In this document: positions 1 to 15,000 of the stretch, one piece after another
How the letters are laid out: each line of letters opens with the position of its first letter
How positions within the stretch are numbered: position 1 is the stretch's first letter
NCBI GenBank assembly: GCA_964016885.1
Contig: OZ024740.1
Span: 33,418,001-33,482,000, forward strand
Length of the DNA: 64,000 bases
Source: Eledone cirrhosa
Taxonomy: Eukaryota
Reading direction: 5' to 3'
The notes under the pieces: model-generated
What the model was told of the DNA's origin: nothing
Seen by the model: the letters and a program-made list of their open reading frames with translations, nothing else
Database searches by the model: none
Translations under genes and position numbers: made by a program

Positions 1-3000
1 ACTGTTGAGATTTAGTTAACCAGTAATACAGTAGGTTCTAACTGACCACTGAAACTGTTGAGATTTAGTTAACCAGTAATACAGTAGATACCAACTGACC
101 ACTGAAACTGTTGAGATTTAGTTAACCAGTAATACAGTAGGTTCTAACTGACCACTGAAACTGTTGAGATTTAGTTAACCAGTAATACAGTAGGTTCTAA
201 CTGACCACTGAAACTTGAGATTTAGTTAACCAGTAATACAGTAGATACCAACTGACCACTGAAACTGTTGAGATTTAGTTAACCAGTAATACAGTAGATA
301 CCAACTGACCACTGAAACTGTTGAGATTTAGTTAACCAGTAATACACTAGATACCAACTGACCACTGAAACTGTTGAGATTTAGTTAACCAGTAATACAG
401 TAGGTTCTAACTGACCACTGAAACTGTTGAGATTTAGTTAACCAGTAATACAGTAGATACCAACTGACCACTGAAACTGTTGATTTAGTTAACCAGTAAT
501 ACAGTAGGTTCTAACTGACCACTGAAACTGTTGAGATTTAGTTAACCAGTAATACAGTAGGTTCTAACTGACCACTGAAACTGTTGAGATTTAGTTAACC
601 GGTAATACAGTAGGTTCTAACTGACCACTGAAACTGTTGAGATTTAGTTAACCAGTAATACAGTAGGTTCTAACTGACCACTGAAACTTGAGATTTAGTT
701 AACCAGTAATACAGTAGGTTCTAACTGACCACTGAAACTGTTGAGATTTAGTTAACCAGTAATACAGTAGGTTCTAACTGACCACTGAAACTTGAGATTT
801 AGTTAACCAGTAATACAGTAGGTTCTAACTGACCACTGAAACTGTTGAGATTTAGTTAACCAGTAATACAGTAGGTTCTAACTGACCACTGAAACTGTTG
901 AGATTTAGTTAAACCAGTAATACAGTAGGTTCTAACTGACCACTGAAACTGTTGAGATTTAGTTAACCGGTAATACAGTAGGTTCTAACTGACCACTGAA
1001 ACTGTTGAGATTTAGTTAAACCAGTAATACAGTAGGTTCTAACTGACCACTGAAACTGTTGAGATTTAGTTAACCAGTAATACAGTAGGTTCTAACTGAC
1101 CACTGAAACTGTTGAGATTTAGTTAACCAGTAATACAGTAGGTTCTAACTGACCACTGAAACTTGAGATTTAGTTAACCAGTAATACAGTAGGTTCTAAC
1201 TGACCACTGAAACTGTTGAGATTTAGTTAACCAGTAATACAGTAGGTTCTAACTGACCACTGAAACTGTTGAGATTTAGTTAACCAGTAATACAGTAGGT
1301 TCCAACTGACCACTGAAACTGTTGAGATTTAGTTAAACCAGTAATACAGTAGGTTCTAACTGACCACTGAAACTGTTGAGATTTAGTTAACCGGTAATAC
1401 AGTAGATACCAACTGACCACTTAAATTGTTGAGATTTAGTTAACCAGTAATACAGTAGGTTCTAACTGACCACTGAAACTGTTGAGATTTAGTTAACCAG
1501 TAATACAGTAGGTTCTAACTGACCACTGAAACTTGAGATTTAGTTAACCAGTAATACAGTAGGTTCTAACTGACCACTGAAACTGTTGAGATTTAGTTAA
1601 CCAGTAATACAGTAGGTTCTAACTGACCACTGAAACTGTTGAGATTTAGTTAACCAGTAATACAGTAGGTTCTGACCACTGAAACTGTTGAGATTTAGTT
1701 AACCAGTAATACAGTAGGTTCTAACTGACCACTGAAACTGTTGAGATTTAGTTAACCAGTAATACAGTAGGTTCTAACTGACCACTGAAACTGTTGAGAT
1801 TTAGTTAACCAGTAATACAGTAGGTTCTAACTGACCACTGAAACTGTTGAGATTTAGTTAACCAGTAATACAGTAGGTTCTAACTGACCACTGAAACTGT
1901 TGAGATTTAGTTAACCGGTAATACAGTAGGTTCTAACGGACCACTGAAACTTGAGATTTAGTTAACCAGTAATAGTAGGTTCTAACTGACCACTGAAACT
2001 GTTGAGATTTAGTTAACCGGTAATACAGTAGGTTCTAACTGACCACTGAAACTGTTGAGATTTAGTTAACCAGTAATACAGTAGGTTCTAACTGACCACG
2101 GAAACTGTTGAGATTTAGTTAACTACTAATAGTAGGTTCTAACTGACCACTGAAACTGTTGAGAATTAGTTAACCAGTAATACAGTAGGTTCTAACTGAC
2201 CACTGAAACTGTTGAGATTTAGTTAACCAGTAATACAGTAGGTTCTAACTGACCACTGAAACTGTTGAGATTTAGTTAACCGGTAATACAGTAGGTTCTA
2301 ACTGACCACTGAAACTGTTGAGATTTAGTTAACCAGTAATAGTAGGTTCTAACTGACCACTGAAACTGTTGAGATTTAGTTAACCAGTAATACAGTAGGT
2401 TCTAACTGACCACTGAAACTGTTGAGATTTAGTTAACTACTAATACAGTAGGTTCTAACTGACCACTGAAACTGTTGAGAATTAGTTAACCAGTAATACA
2501 GTAGGTTCTAACTGACCACTGAAACTGTTGAGATTTAGTTAACCAGTAATACAGTAGGTTCTAACTGACCACTGAAACTGTTGAGATTTAGTTAACCGGT
2601 AATACAGTAGGTTCTAACTGACCACTGAAACTGTTGAGATTTAGTTAACCAATAATACAGTAGGTTCTAACTGACCACTGAAACTGTTGAGATTTAGTTA
2701 ACCAGTAATAGTAGGTTCTAACTGACCACTGAAACTGTTGAGATTTAGTTAACCAGTAATACAGTAGGTTCTAACTGACCACTGAAACTGTTGAGATTTA
2801 GTTAACTACTAATACAGTAGGTTCTAACTGACCACTGAAACTGTTGAGAATTAGTTAACCAGTAATACAGTAGGTTCTAACTGACCACTGAAACTGTTGA
2901 GATTTAGTTAACCAGTAATACAGTAGGTTCTAACTGACCACTGAAACTGTTGAGATTTAGTTAACCGGTAATACAGTAGGTTCTAACTGACCACTGAAAC

Positions 3001-6000
3001 TGTTGAGAATTAGTTAACCAGTAATACAGTAGGTTCTAACTGACCACTGAAACTGTTGAGATTTAGTTAACCAGTAATACAGTAGGTTCTAACTGACCAC
3101 TGAAACTGTTGAGATTTAGTTAACCGGTAATACAGTAGGTTCTAACTGACCACTGAAACTGTTGAGATTTAGTTAACCAGTAATAGTAGGTTCTAACTGA
3201 CCACTGAAACTGTTGAGATTTAGTTAACCGGTAATACAGTAGGTTCTAACTGACCACTGAAACTGTTGAGATTTAGTTAACCAGTAATACAGTAGGTTCT
3301 AACTGACCACTGAAACTGTTGAGATTTAGTTAACCGGTAATACAGTAGGTTCTAACTGACCACTGAAACTGTTGAGATTTAGTTAACCAGTAATACAGTA
3401 GGTTCTAACTGACCACTGAAACTGTTGAGATTTAGTTAACCAGTAATACAGTAGATACCAACTGACCACTGAAACTGTTGAGATTTAGTTAAACCAGTAA
3501 TACAGTAGGTTCTAACTGACCACTGAAACTGTTGAGATTTAGTTAACCGGTAATACAGTAGATACCAACTGACCACTTAAATTGTTGAGATTTAGTTAAC
3601 CAGTAATACAGTAGGTTCTAACTGACCACTGAAACTGTTGAGATTTAGTTAACCAGTAATACAGTAGGTTCTAACTGACCACTGAAACTGTTGAGATTTA
3701 GTTAACCGGTAATACAGTAGGTTCTAACTGACCACTGAAACTGTTGAGATTTAGTTAACCAGTAATACAGTAGGTTCTAACTGACCACTGAAACTGTTGA
3801 GATTTAGTTAACCGGTAATACAGTAGGTTCTAACTGACCACTGAAACTGTTGAGATTTAGTTAACCAGTAATACAGTAGGTTCTAACTGACCACTGAAAC
3901 TGTTGAGATTTAGTGAACCAGTAATACAGTAGATACCAACTGACCACTGAAACTGTTGAGATTTAGTTAAACCAGTAATACAGTAGGTTCTAACTGACCA
4001 CTGAAACTGTTGAGATTTAGTTAACCGGTAATACAGTAGATACCAACTGACCACTTAAATTGTTGAGATTTAGTTAACCAGTAATACAGTAGGTTCTAAC
4101 TGACCACTGAAACTGTTGAGATTTAGTTAACCAGTAATACAGTAGGTTCTAACTGACCACTGAAACTGTTGAGATTTAGTTAACCGGTAATACAGTAGGT
4201 TCTAACTGACCACTGAAACTGTTGAGATTTAGTTAACCAGTAATACAGTAGGTTCTAACTGACCACTGAAACTGTTGAGATTTAGTTAACTGGTAATACA
4301 GTAGATACCAACTGACCACTTAAATTGTTGAGATTTAGTTAACCAGTAATACAGTAGATACCAACTGACCACTGAAACTGTTGAGATTTAGTTAACCAGT
4401 AATACAGTAGGTTCTAACTGACCACTGAAACTGTTGAGATTTAGTTAACCGGTAATGCAGTAGATACCAACTGACCACTTAAACTGTTGAGATTTAGTTA
4501 ACCAGTAATACAGTAGGTTCTAACTGACCACTGAAACTGTTGAGATTTAGTTAACCGGTAATACAGTAGATACCAACTGATCACTGAAACTGTTGAGATT
4601 TAGTTAACCAGTAATACAGTAGGTTCTAACTGACCACTGAAACTGTTGAGATTTAGTTAACCGGTAATACAGTAGATACCAACTGACCACTTAAATTGTT
4701 GAGATTTAGTTAACCAGTAATACAGTAGGTTCTAACTGACCACTGAAACTGTTGAGATTTAGTTAACCAGTAATACAGTAGGTTCTAACTGACCACTGAA
4801 ACTGTTGAGATTTAGTTAACCGGTAATACAGTAGGTTCTAACTGACCACTGAAACTGTTGAGATTTAGTTAACCAGTAATACAGTAGGTTCTAACTGACC
4901 ACTGAAATTGTTGAGATTTAGTTAACCAGTAATACAGTAGGTTCTAACTGACCACTGAAACTGTTGAGATTTAGTTAACCAGTAATACAGTAGGTTCTAA
5001 CTGACCACTGAAACTGTTGAGATTTAGTTAACCAGTAATACAGTAGATACCAACTGACCACTGAAACTGTTGAGATTTAGTTAACCGGTAATACAGTAGG
5101 TTCTAACTGACCACTGAAACTGTTGAGATTTAGTTAAACCAGTAATACAGTAGGTTCTAACTGAACACTGAAACTGTTGAGATTTAGTTAACCAGTAATA
5201 CAGTAGGTTCCAACTGACCACTGAAACTGTTGAGATTTAGTTAAACCAGTAATACAGTAGGTTCTAACTGACCACTGAAACTGTTGAGATTTAGTTAACC
5301 GGTAATACAGTAGATACCAACTGACCACTTAAATTGTTGAGATTTAGTTAACCAGTAATACAGTAGGTTCTAACTGACCACTGAAACTGTTGAGATTTAG
5401 TTAACCAGTAATACAGTAGGTTCTAACTGACCACTGAAACTGTTGAGATTTAGTTAACCAGTAATACAGTAGGTTCTAACTGACCACTGAAACTGTTGAG
5501 ATTTAGTTAACCAGTAATACAGTAGGTTCTAACTGACCACTGAAACTGTTGAGATTTAGTTAACCAGTAATACAGTAGGTTCTGACCACTGAAACTGTTG
5601 AGATTTAGTTAACCAGTAATACAGTAGGTTCTAACTGACCACTGAAACTGTTGAGATTTAGTTAACCGGTAATACAGTAGGTTCTAACTGACCACTGAAA
5701 CTGTTGAGATTTAGTTAACCAGTAATACAGTAGGTTCTAACTGACCACTGAAACTGTTGAGATTTAGTTAACCGGTAATACAGTAGATACCAACTGATCA
5801 CTGAAACTGTTGAGATTTAGTTAACCAGTAATACAGTAGGTTCTAACTGACCACTGAAAGTGTTGAGATTTAGTTAACCAGTAATACAGTAGATACCAAC
5901 TGACCACTGAAACTATTGAGATTTAGTTAAACCAGTAATACAGTAGGTTCTAACTGACCACTGAAACTGTTGAGATTTAGTTAACCGGTAATACAGTAGA

Positions 6001-9000
6001 TACCAACTGACCACTTAAATTGTTGAGATTTAGTTAACCAGTAATACAGTAGGTTCTAACTGACCACTGAAACTGTTGAGATTTAGTTAACCAGTAATAC
6101 AGTAGGTTCTAACTGACCACTGAAACTGTTGAGATTTAGTTAACCGGTAATACAGTAGGTTCTAACTGACCACTGAAACTGTTGAGATTTAGTTAACCAG
6201 TAATACAGTAGGTTCTAACTGACCACTGAAACTGTTGAGATTTAGTTAACGAGTAATACAGTAGGTTCTAACTGACCACTGAAACTGTTGAGATTTAGTT
6301 AACCAGTAATACAGTAGGTTCTAACTGACCACTGAAACTGTTGAGATTTAGTTAACCAGTAATACAGTAGATACCAACTGACCACTGAAACTGTTGAGAT
6401 TTAGTTAACCGGTAATACAGTAGGTTCTAACTGACCACTGAAACTTGAGATTTAGTTAACCAGTAATACAGTAGGTTCTAACTGACCACTGAAACTGTTG
6501 AGATTTAGTTAACCAGTAATACAGTAGGTTCTAACTGACCACTGAAACTGTTGAGATTTAGTTAACCGGTAATACAGTAGATACCAACTGACCACTTAAA
6601 TTGTTGAGATTTAGTTAACCAGTAATACAGTAGATACCAACTGACCACTGAAACTGTTGAGATTTAGTTAACCAGTAATACAGTAGATACCAACTGACCA
6701 CTGAAACTGTTGAGATTTAGTTAACCAGTAATACAGTAGGTTCTAACTGACCACTGAAACTGTTGAGATTTAGTTAACCAATAATACAGTAGGTTCTAAC
6801 TGACCACTGAAACTGTTGAGATTTAGTTAACCAGTAATACAGTAGGTTCTAACTGACCACTGAAACTGTTGAGATTTAGTTAACCAGTAATACAGTAGGT
6901 TCTAACTGACCACTGAAACTGTTGAGATTTAGTTAACCAGTAATACAGTAGATACCAACTGACCACTGAAACTGTTGAGATTTAGTTAACCAGTAATACA
7001 GTAGGTTCTAACTGACCACTGAAACTGTTGAGATTTAGTTAACCAGTAATACAGTAAGTTCTAACTGACCACTGAAACTGTTGAGATTTAGTTAAACCAG
7101 TAATACAGTAGGTTCTAACTGACCACTGAAACTTGAGATTTAGTTAACCAGTAATACAGTAGGTTCTAACTGACCACTGAAACTGTTGAGATTTAGTTAA
7201 CCAGTAATACAGTAGGTTCTAACTGACCACTGAAACTTGAGATTTAGTTAACCAGTAATACAGTAGGTTCTAACTGACCACTGAAACTGTTGAGATTTAG
7301 TTAACCAGTAATACAGTAGGTTCTAACTGACCAGTGAAACTGTTGAGATTTAGTTAACCAGTAATACAGTAGGTTCTGACCACTGAAACTGTTGAGATTT
7401 AGTTAACCAGTAATACAGTAGGTTCTAACTGACCACTGAAACTGTTGAGATTTAGTTAACCAGTAATACAGTAGGTTCTAACTGACCACTGAAACTGTTG
7501 AGATTTAGTTAACCGGTAATACAGTAGGTTCTAACTGACCACTGAAACTGTTGAGATTTAGTTAACCAGTAATACAGTAGATACCAACTGACCACTGAAA
7601 CTGTTGAGATTTAGTTAACCAGTAATACAGTAGATACCAACTGACCACTGAAACTGTTGAGATTTAGTTAACCAGTAATACAGTAGATACCAACTGACCA
7701 CTGAAACTGTTGAGATTTAGTTAACCAGTAATACAGTAGGTTCTGACCACTGAAACTGTTGAGATTTAGTTAACCAGTAATACAGTAGGTTCTAACTGAC
7801 CACTGAAACTTGAGATTTAGTTAACCAGTAATACAGTAGGTTCTAACTGACCACTGAAACTGTTGAGATTTAGTTAACCAGTAATACAGTAGGTTCTAAC
7901 TGACCACTGAAACTGTTGAGATTTAGTTAACCAATAATACAGTAGGTTCTAACTGACCACTGAAACTGTTGAGATTTAGTTAACCAGTAATACAGTAGAT
8001 ACCAACTGACCACTGAAACTGTTGAGATTTAGTTAACCAGTAATACAGTAGGTTCTAACTGACCACTGAAACTGTTGAGATTTAGTTAACCAGTAATACA
8101 CTAGATACCAACTGACCACTGAAACTGTTGAGATTTAGTTAACCAGTAATACAGTAGGTTCTAACTGACCACTGAAACTGTTGAGATTTAGTTAACCAGT
8201 AATACAGTAGATACCAACTGACCACTGAAACTGTTGAGATTTAGTTAACCAGTAATACAGTAGGTTCTAACTGACCACTGAAACTGTTGAGATTTAGTTA
8301 ACCAGTAATACAGTAGGTTCTAACTGACCACTGAAACTTGAGATTTAGTTAACCAGTAATACAGTAGATACCAACTGACCACTGAAACTGTTGAGATTTA
8401 GTTAACCAGTAATACAGTAGATACCAACTGACCACTGAAACTGTTGAGATTTAGTTAACCAGTAATACACTAGATACCAACTGACCACTGAAACTGTTGA
8501 GATTTAGTTAACCAGTAATACAGTAGGTTCTAACTGACCACTGAAACTGTTGAGATTTAGTTAACCAGTAATACAGTAGATACCAACTGACCACTGAAAC
8601 TGTTGAGATTTAGTTAACCAGTAATACAGTAGGTTCTAACTGACCACTGAAACTGTTGAGATTTAGTTAACCAGTAATACAGTAGGTTCTAACTGACCAC
8701 TGAAACTGTTGAGATTTAGTTAACCGGTAATACAGTAGGTTCTAACTGACCACTGAAACTGTTGAGATTTAGTTAACCAGTAATACAGTAGGTTCTAACT
8801 GACCACTGAAACTTGAGATTTAGTTAACCAGTAATACAGTAGGTTCTAACTGACCACTGAAACTGTTGAGATTTAGTTAACCAGTAATACAGTAGGTTCT
8901 AACTGACCACTGAAACTTGAGATTTAGTTAACCAGTAATACAGTAGGTTCTAACTGACCACTGAAACTGTTGAGATTTAGTTAACCAGTAATACAGTAGG

Positions 9001-12000
9001 TTCTAACTGACCACTGAAACTGTTGAGATTTAGTTAAACCAGTAATACAGTAGGTTCTAACTGACCACTGAAACTGTTGAGATTTAGTTAACCGGTAATA
9101 CAGTAGGTTCTAACTGACCACTGAAACTGTTGAGATTTAGTTAAACCAGTAATACAGTAGGTTCTAACTGACCACTGAAACTGTTGAGATTTAGTTAACC
9201 AGTAATACAGTAGGTTCTAACTGACCACTGAAACTGTTGAGATTTAGTTAACCAGTAATACAGTAGGTTCTAACTGACCACTGAAACTTGAGATTTAGTT
9301 AACCAGTAATACAGTAGGTTCTAACTGACCACTGAAACTGTTGAGATTTAGTTAACCAGTAATACAGTAGGTTCTAACTGACCACTGAAACTGTTGAGAT
9401 TTAGTTAACCAGTAATACAGTAGGTTCCAACTGACCACTGAAACTGTTGAGATTTAGTTAAACCAGTAATACAGTAGGTTCTAACTGACCACTGAAACTG
9501 TTGAGATTTAGTTAACCGGTAATACAGTAGATACCAACTGACCACTTAAATTGTTGAGATTTAGTTAACCAGTAATACAGTAGGTTCTAACTGACCACTG
9601 AAACTGTTGAGATTTAGTTAACCAGTAATACAGTAGGTTCTAACTGACCACTGAAACTTGAGATTTAGTTAACCAGTAATACAGTAGGTTCTAACTGACC
9701 ACTGAAACTGTTGAGATTTAGTTAACCAGTAATACAGTAGGTTCTAACTGACCACTGAAACTGTTGAGATTTAGTTAACCAGTAATACAGTAGGTTCTGA
9801 CCACTGAAACTGTTGAGATTTAGTTAACCAGTAATACAGTAGGTTCTAACTGACCACTGAAACTGTTGAGATTTAGTTAACCAGTAATACAGTAGGTTCT
9901 AACTGACCACTGAAACTGTTGAGATTTAGTTAACCAGTAATACAGTAGGTTCTAACTGACCACTGAAACTGTTGAGATTTAGTTAACCGGTAATACAGTA
10001 GGTTCTAACTGACCACTGAAACTTGAGATTTAGTTAACCAGTAATAGTAGGTTCTAACTGACCACTGAAACTGTTGAGATTTAGTTAACCGGTAATACAG
10101 TAGGTTCTAACTGACCACTGAAACTGTTGAGATTTAGTTAACCAGTAATACAGTAGGTTCTAACTGACCACGGAAACTGTTGAGATTTAGTTAACTACTA
10201 ATACAGTAGGTTCTAACTGACCACTGAAACTGTTGAGAATTAGTTAACCAGTAATACAGTAGGTTCTAACTGACCACTGAAACTGTTGAGATTTAGTTAA
10301 CCAGTAATACAGTAGGTTCTAACTGACCACTGAAACTGTTGAGATTTAGTTAACCGGTAATACAGTAGGTTCTAACTGACCACTGAAACTGTTGAGATTT
10401 AGTTAACCAGTAATAGTAGGTTCTAACTGACCACTGAAACTGTTGAGATTTAGTTAACCAGTAATACAGTAGGTTCTAACTGACCACTGAAACTGTTGAG
10501 ATTTAGTTAACTACTAATACAGTAGGTTCTAACTGACCACTGAAACTGTTGAGAATTAGTTAACCAGTAATACAGTAGGTTCTAACTGACCACTGAAACT
10601 GTTGAGATTTAGTTAACCAGTAATACAGTAGGTTCTAACTGACCACTGAAACTGTTGAGATTTAGTTAACCGGTAATACAGTAGGTTCTAACTGACCACT
10701 GAAACTGTTGAGATTTAGTTAACCAGTAATAGTAGGTTCTAACTGACCACTGAAACTGTTGAGATTTAGTTAACCAGTAATAGTAGGTTCTAACTGACCA
10801 CTGAAACTGTTGAGATTTAGTTAACCAGTAATACAGTAGGTTCTAACTGACCACTGAAACTGTTGAGATTTAGTTAACTACTAATACAGTAGGTTCTAAC
10901 TGACCACTGAAACTGTTGAGAATTAGTTAACCAGTAATACAGTAGGTTCTAACTGACCACTGAAACTGTTGAGATTTAGTTAACCAGTAATACAGTAGGT
11001 TCTAACTGACCACTGAAACTGTTGAGATTTAGTTAACCGGTAATACAGTAGGTTCTAACTGACCACTGAAACTGTTGAGAATTAGTTAACCAGTAATACA
11101 GTAGGTTCTAACTGACCACTGAAACTGTTGAGATTTAGTTAACCAGTAATACAGTAGGTTCTAACTGACCACTGAAACTGTTGAGATTTAGTTAACCGGT
11201 AATACAGTAGGTTCTAACTGACCACTTAAACTGTTGAGATTTAGTTAACCAGTAATAGTAGGTTCTAACTGACCACTGAAACTGTTGAGATTTAGTTAAC
11301 CGGTAATACAGTAGGTTCTAACTGACCACTGAAACTGTTGAGATTTAGTTAACCAGTAATACAGTAGGTTCTAACTGACCACTGAAACTGTTGAGATTTA
11401 GTTAACCGGTAATACAGTAGGTTCTAACTGACCACTGAAACTGTTGAGATTTAGTTAACCAGTAATACAGTAGGTTCTAACTGACCACTGAAACTGTTGA
11501 GATTTAGTTAACCAGTAATACAGTAGATACCAACTGACCACTGAAACTGTTGAGATTTAGTTAAACCAGTAATACAGTAGGTTCTAACTGACCACTGAAA
11601 CTGTTGAGATTTAGTTAACCGGTAATACAGTAGATACCAACTGACCACTTAAATTGTTGAGATTTAGTTAACCAGTAATACAGTAGGTTCTAACTGACCA
11701 CTGAAACTGTTGAGATTTAGTTAACCAGTAATACAGTAGGTTCTAACTGACCACTGAAACTGTTGAGATTTAGTTAACCGGTAATACAGTAGGTTCTAAC
11801 TGACCACTGAAACTGTTGAGATTTAGTTAACCAGTAATACAGTAGGTTCTAACTGACCACTGAAACTGTTGAGATTTAGTTAACCGGTAATACAGTAGGT
11901 TCTAACTGACCACTGAAACTTGAGATTTAGTTAACCAGTAATACAGTAGGTTCTAACTGACCACTGAAACTGTTGAGATTTAGTTAACCAGTAATACAGT

Positions 12001-15000
12001 AGGTTCTAACTGACCACTGAAACTGTTGAGATTTAGTTAACTGGTAATACAGTAGATACCAACTGACCACTTAAATTGTTGAGATTTAGTTAACCAGTAA
12101 TACAGTAGATACCAACTGACCACTGAAACTGTTGAGATTTAGTTAACCAGTAATACAGTAGGTTCTAACTGACCACTGAAACTGTTGAGATTTAGTTAAC
12201 CGGTAATGCAGTAGATACCAACTGACCACTTAAACTGTTGAGATTTAGTTAACCAGTAATACAGTAGGTTCTAACTGACCACTGAAACTGTTGAGATTTA
12301 GTTAACCGGTAATACAGTAGATACCAACTGATCACTGAAACTGTTGAGATTTAGTTAACCAGTAATACAGTAGGTTCTAACTGACCACTGAAACTGTTGA
12401 GATTTAGTTAACCAGTAATACAGTAGATACCAACTGACCACTGAAACTATTGAGATTTAGTTAAACCAGTAATACAGTAGGTTCTAACTGACCACTGAAA
12501 CTGTTGAGATTTAGTTAACCGGTAATACAGTAGATACCAACTGACCACTTAAATTGTTGAGATTTAGTTAACCAGTAATACAGTAGGTTCTAACTGACCA
12601 CTGAAACTGTTGAGATTTAGTTAACCAGTAATACAGTAGGTTCTAACTGACCACTGAAACTGTTGAGATTTAGTTAACCGGTAATACAGTAGGTTCTAAC
12701 TGACCACTGAAACTGTTGAGATTTAGTTAACCAGTAATACAGTAGGTTCTAACTGACCACTGAAACTGTTGAGATTTAGTTAACCAGTAATACAGTAGGT
12801 TCTAACTGACCACTGAAACTGTTGAGATTTAGTTAACCAGTAATACAGTAGGTTCTAACTGACCACTGAAACTGTTCAGATTTAGTTAACCAGTAATACA
12901 GTAGATACCAACTGACCACTGAAACTGTTGAGATTTAGTTAACCGGTAATACAGTAGGTTCTAACTGACCACTGAAACTGTTGAGATTTAGTTAAACCAG
13001 TAATACAGTAGGTTCTAACTGACCACTGAAACTGTTGAGATTTAGTTAACCAGTAATACAGTAGGTTCCAACTGACCACTGAAACTGTTGAGATTTAGTT
13101 AAACCAGTAATACAGTAGGTTCTAACTGACCACTGAAACTGTTGAGATTTAGTTAACCGGTAATACAGTAGATACCAACTGACCACTTAAATTGTTGAGA
13201 TTTAGTTAACCAGTAATACAGTAGGTTCTAACTGACCACTGAAACTGTTGAGATTTAGTTAACCAGTAATACAGTAGGTTCTAACTGACCACTGAAACTG
13301 TTGAGATTTAGTTAACCAGTAATACAGTAGGTTCTAACTGACCACTGAAACTGTTGAGATTTAGTTAACCAGTAATACAGTAGGTTCTAACTGACCACTG
13401 AAACTGTTGAGATTTAGTTAACCAGTAATACAGTAGGTTCTGACCACTGAAACTGTTGAGATTTAGTTAACCAGTAATACAGTAGGTTCTAACTGACCAC
13501 TGAAATTGTTGAGATTTAGTTAACCGGTAATACAGTAGGTTCTAACTGACCACTGAAACTGTTGAGATTTAGTTAACCAGTAATACAGTAGGTTCTAACT
13601 GACCACTGAAACTGTTGAGATTTAGTTAACCGGTAATACAGTAGATACCAACTGATCACTGAAACTGTTGAGATTTAGTTAACCAGTAATACAGTAGGTT
13701 CTAACTGACCACTGAAAGTGTTGAGATTTAGTTAACCAGTAATACAGTAGATACCAACTGACCACTGAAACTATTGAGATTTAGTTAAACCAGTAATACA
13801 GTAGGTTCTAACTGACCACTGAAACTGTTGAGATTTAGTTAACCGGTAATACAGTAGATACCAACTGACCACTGAAACTATTGAGATTTAGTTAAACCAG
13901 TAATACAGTAGGTTCTAACTGACCACTGAAACTGTTGAGATTTAGTTAACGAGTAATACAGTAGGTTCTAACTGACCACTGAAACTGTTGAGATTTAGTT
14001 AACCAGTAATACAGTAGGTTCTAACTGACCACTGAAACTGTTGAGATTTAGTTAACCAGTAATACAGTAGATACCAACTGACCACTGAAACTGTTGAGAT
14101 TTAGTTAACCGGTAATACAGTAGGTTCTAACTGACCACTGAAACTTGAGATTTAGTTAACCAGTAATACAGTAGGTTCTAACTGACCACTGAAACTGTTG
14201 AGATTTAGTTAACCAGTAATACAGTAGGTTCTAACTGACCACTGAAACTGTTGAGATTTAGTTAACCGGTAATACAGTAGATACCAACTGACCACTTAAA
14301 TTGTTGAGATTTAGTTAACCAGTAATACAGTAGATACCAACTGACCACTGAAACTGTTGAGATTTAGTTAACCAGTAATACAGTAGATACCAACTGACCA
14401 CTGAAACTGTTGAGATTTAGTTAACCAGTAATACAGTAGGTTCTAACTGACCACTGAAACTGTTGAGATTTAGTTAACCAATAATACAGTAGGTTCTAAC
14501 TGACCACTGAAACTGTTGAGATTTAGTTAACCAGTAATACAGTAGGTTCTAACTGACCACTGAAACTGTTGAGATTTAGTTAACCAGTAATACAGTAGGT
14601 TCTAACTGACCACTGAAACTGTTGAGATTTAGTTAACCAGTAATACAGTAGATACCAACTGACCACTGAAACTGTTGAGATTTAGTTAACCAGTAATACA
14701 GTAGGTTCTAACTGACCACTGAAACTGTTGAGATTTAGTTAACCAGTAATACAGTAAGTTCTAACTGACCACTGAAACTGTTGAGATTTAGTTAAACCAG
14801 TAATACAGTAGGTTCTAACTGACCACTGAAACTTGAGATTTAGTTAACCAGTAATACAGTAGGTTCTAACTGACCACTGAAACTGTTGAGATTTAGTTAA
14901 CCAGTAATACAGTAGGTTCTAACTGACCACTGAAACTTGAGATTTAGTTAACCAGTAATACAGTAGGTTCTAACTGACCACTGAAACTGTTGAGATTTAG

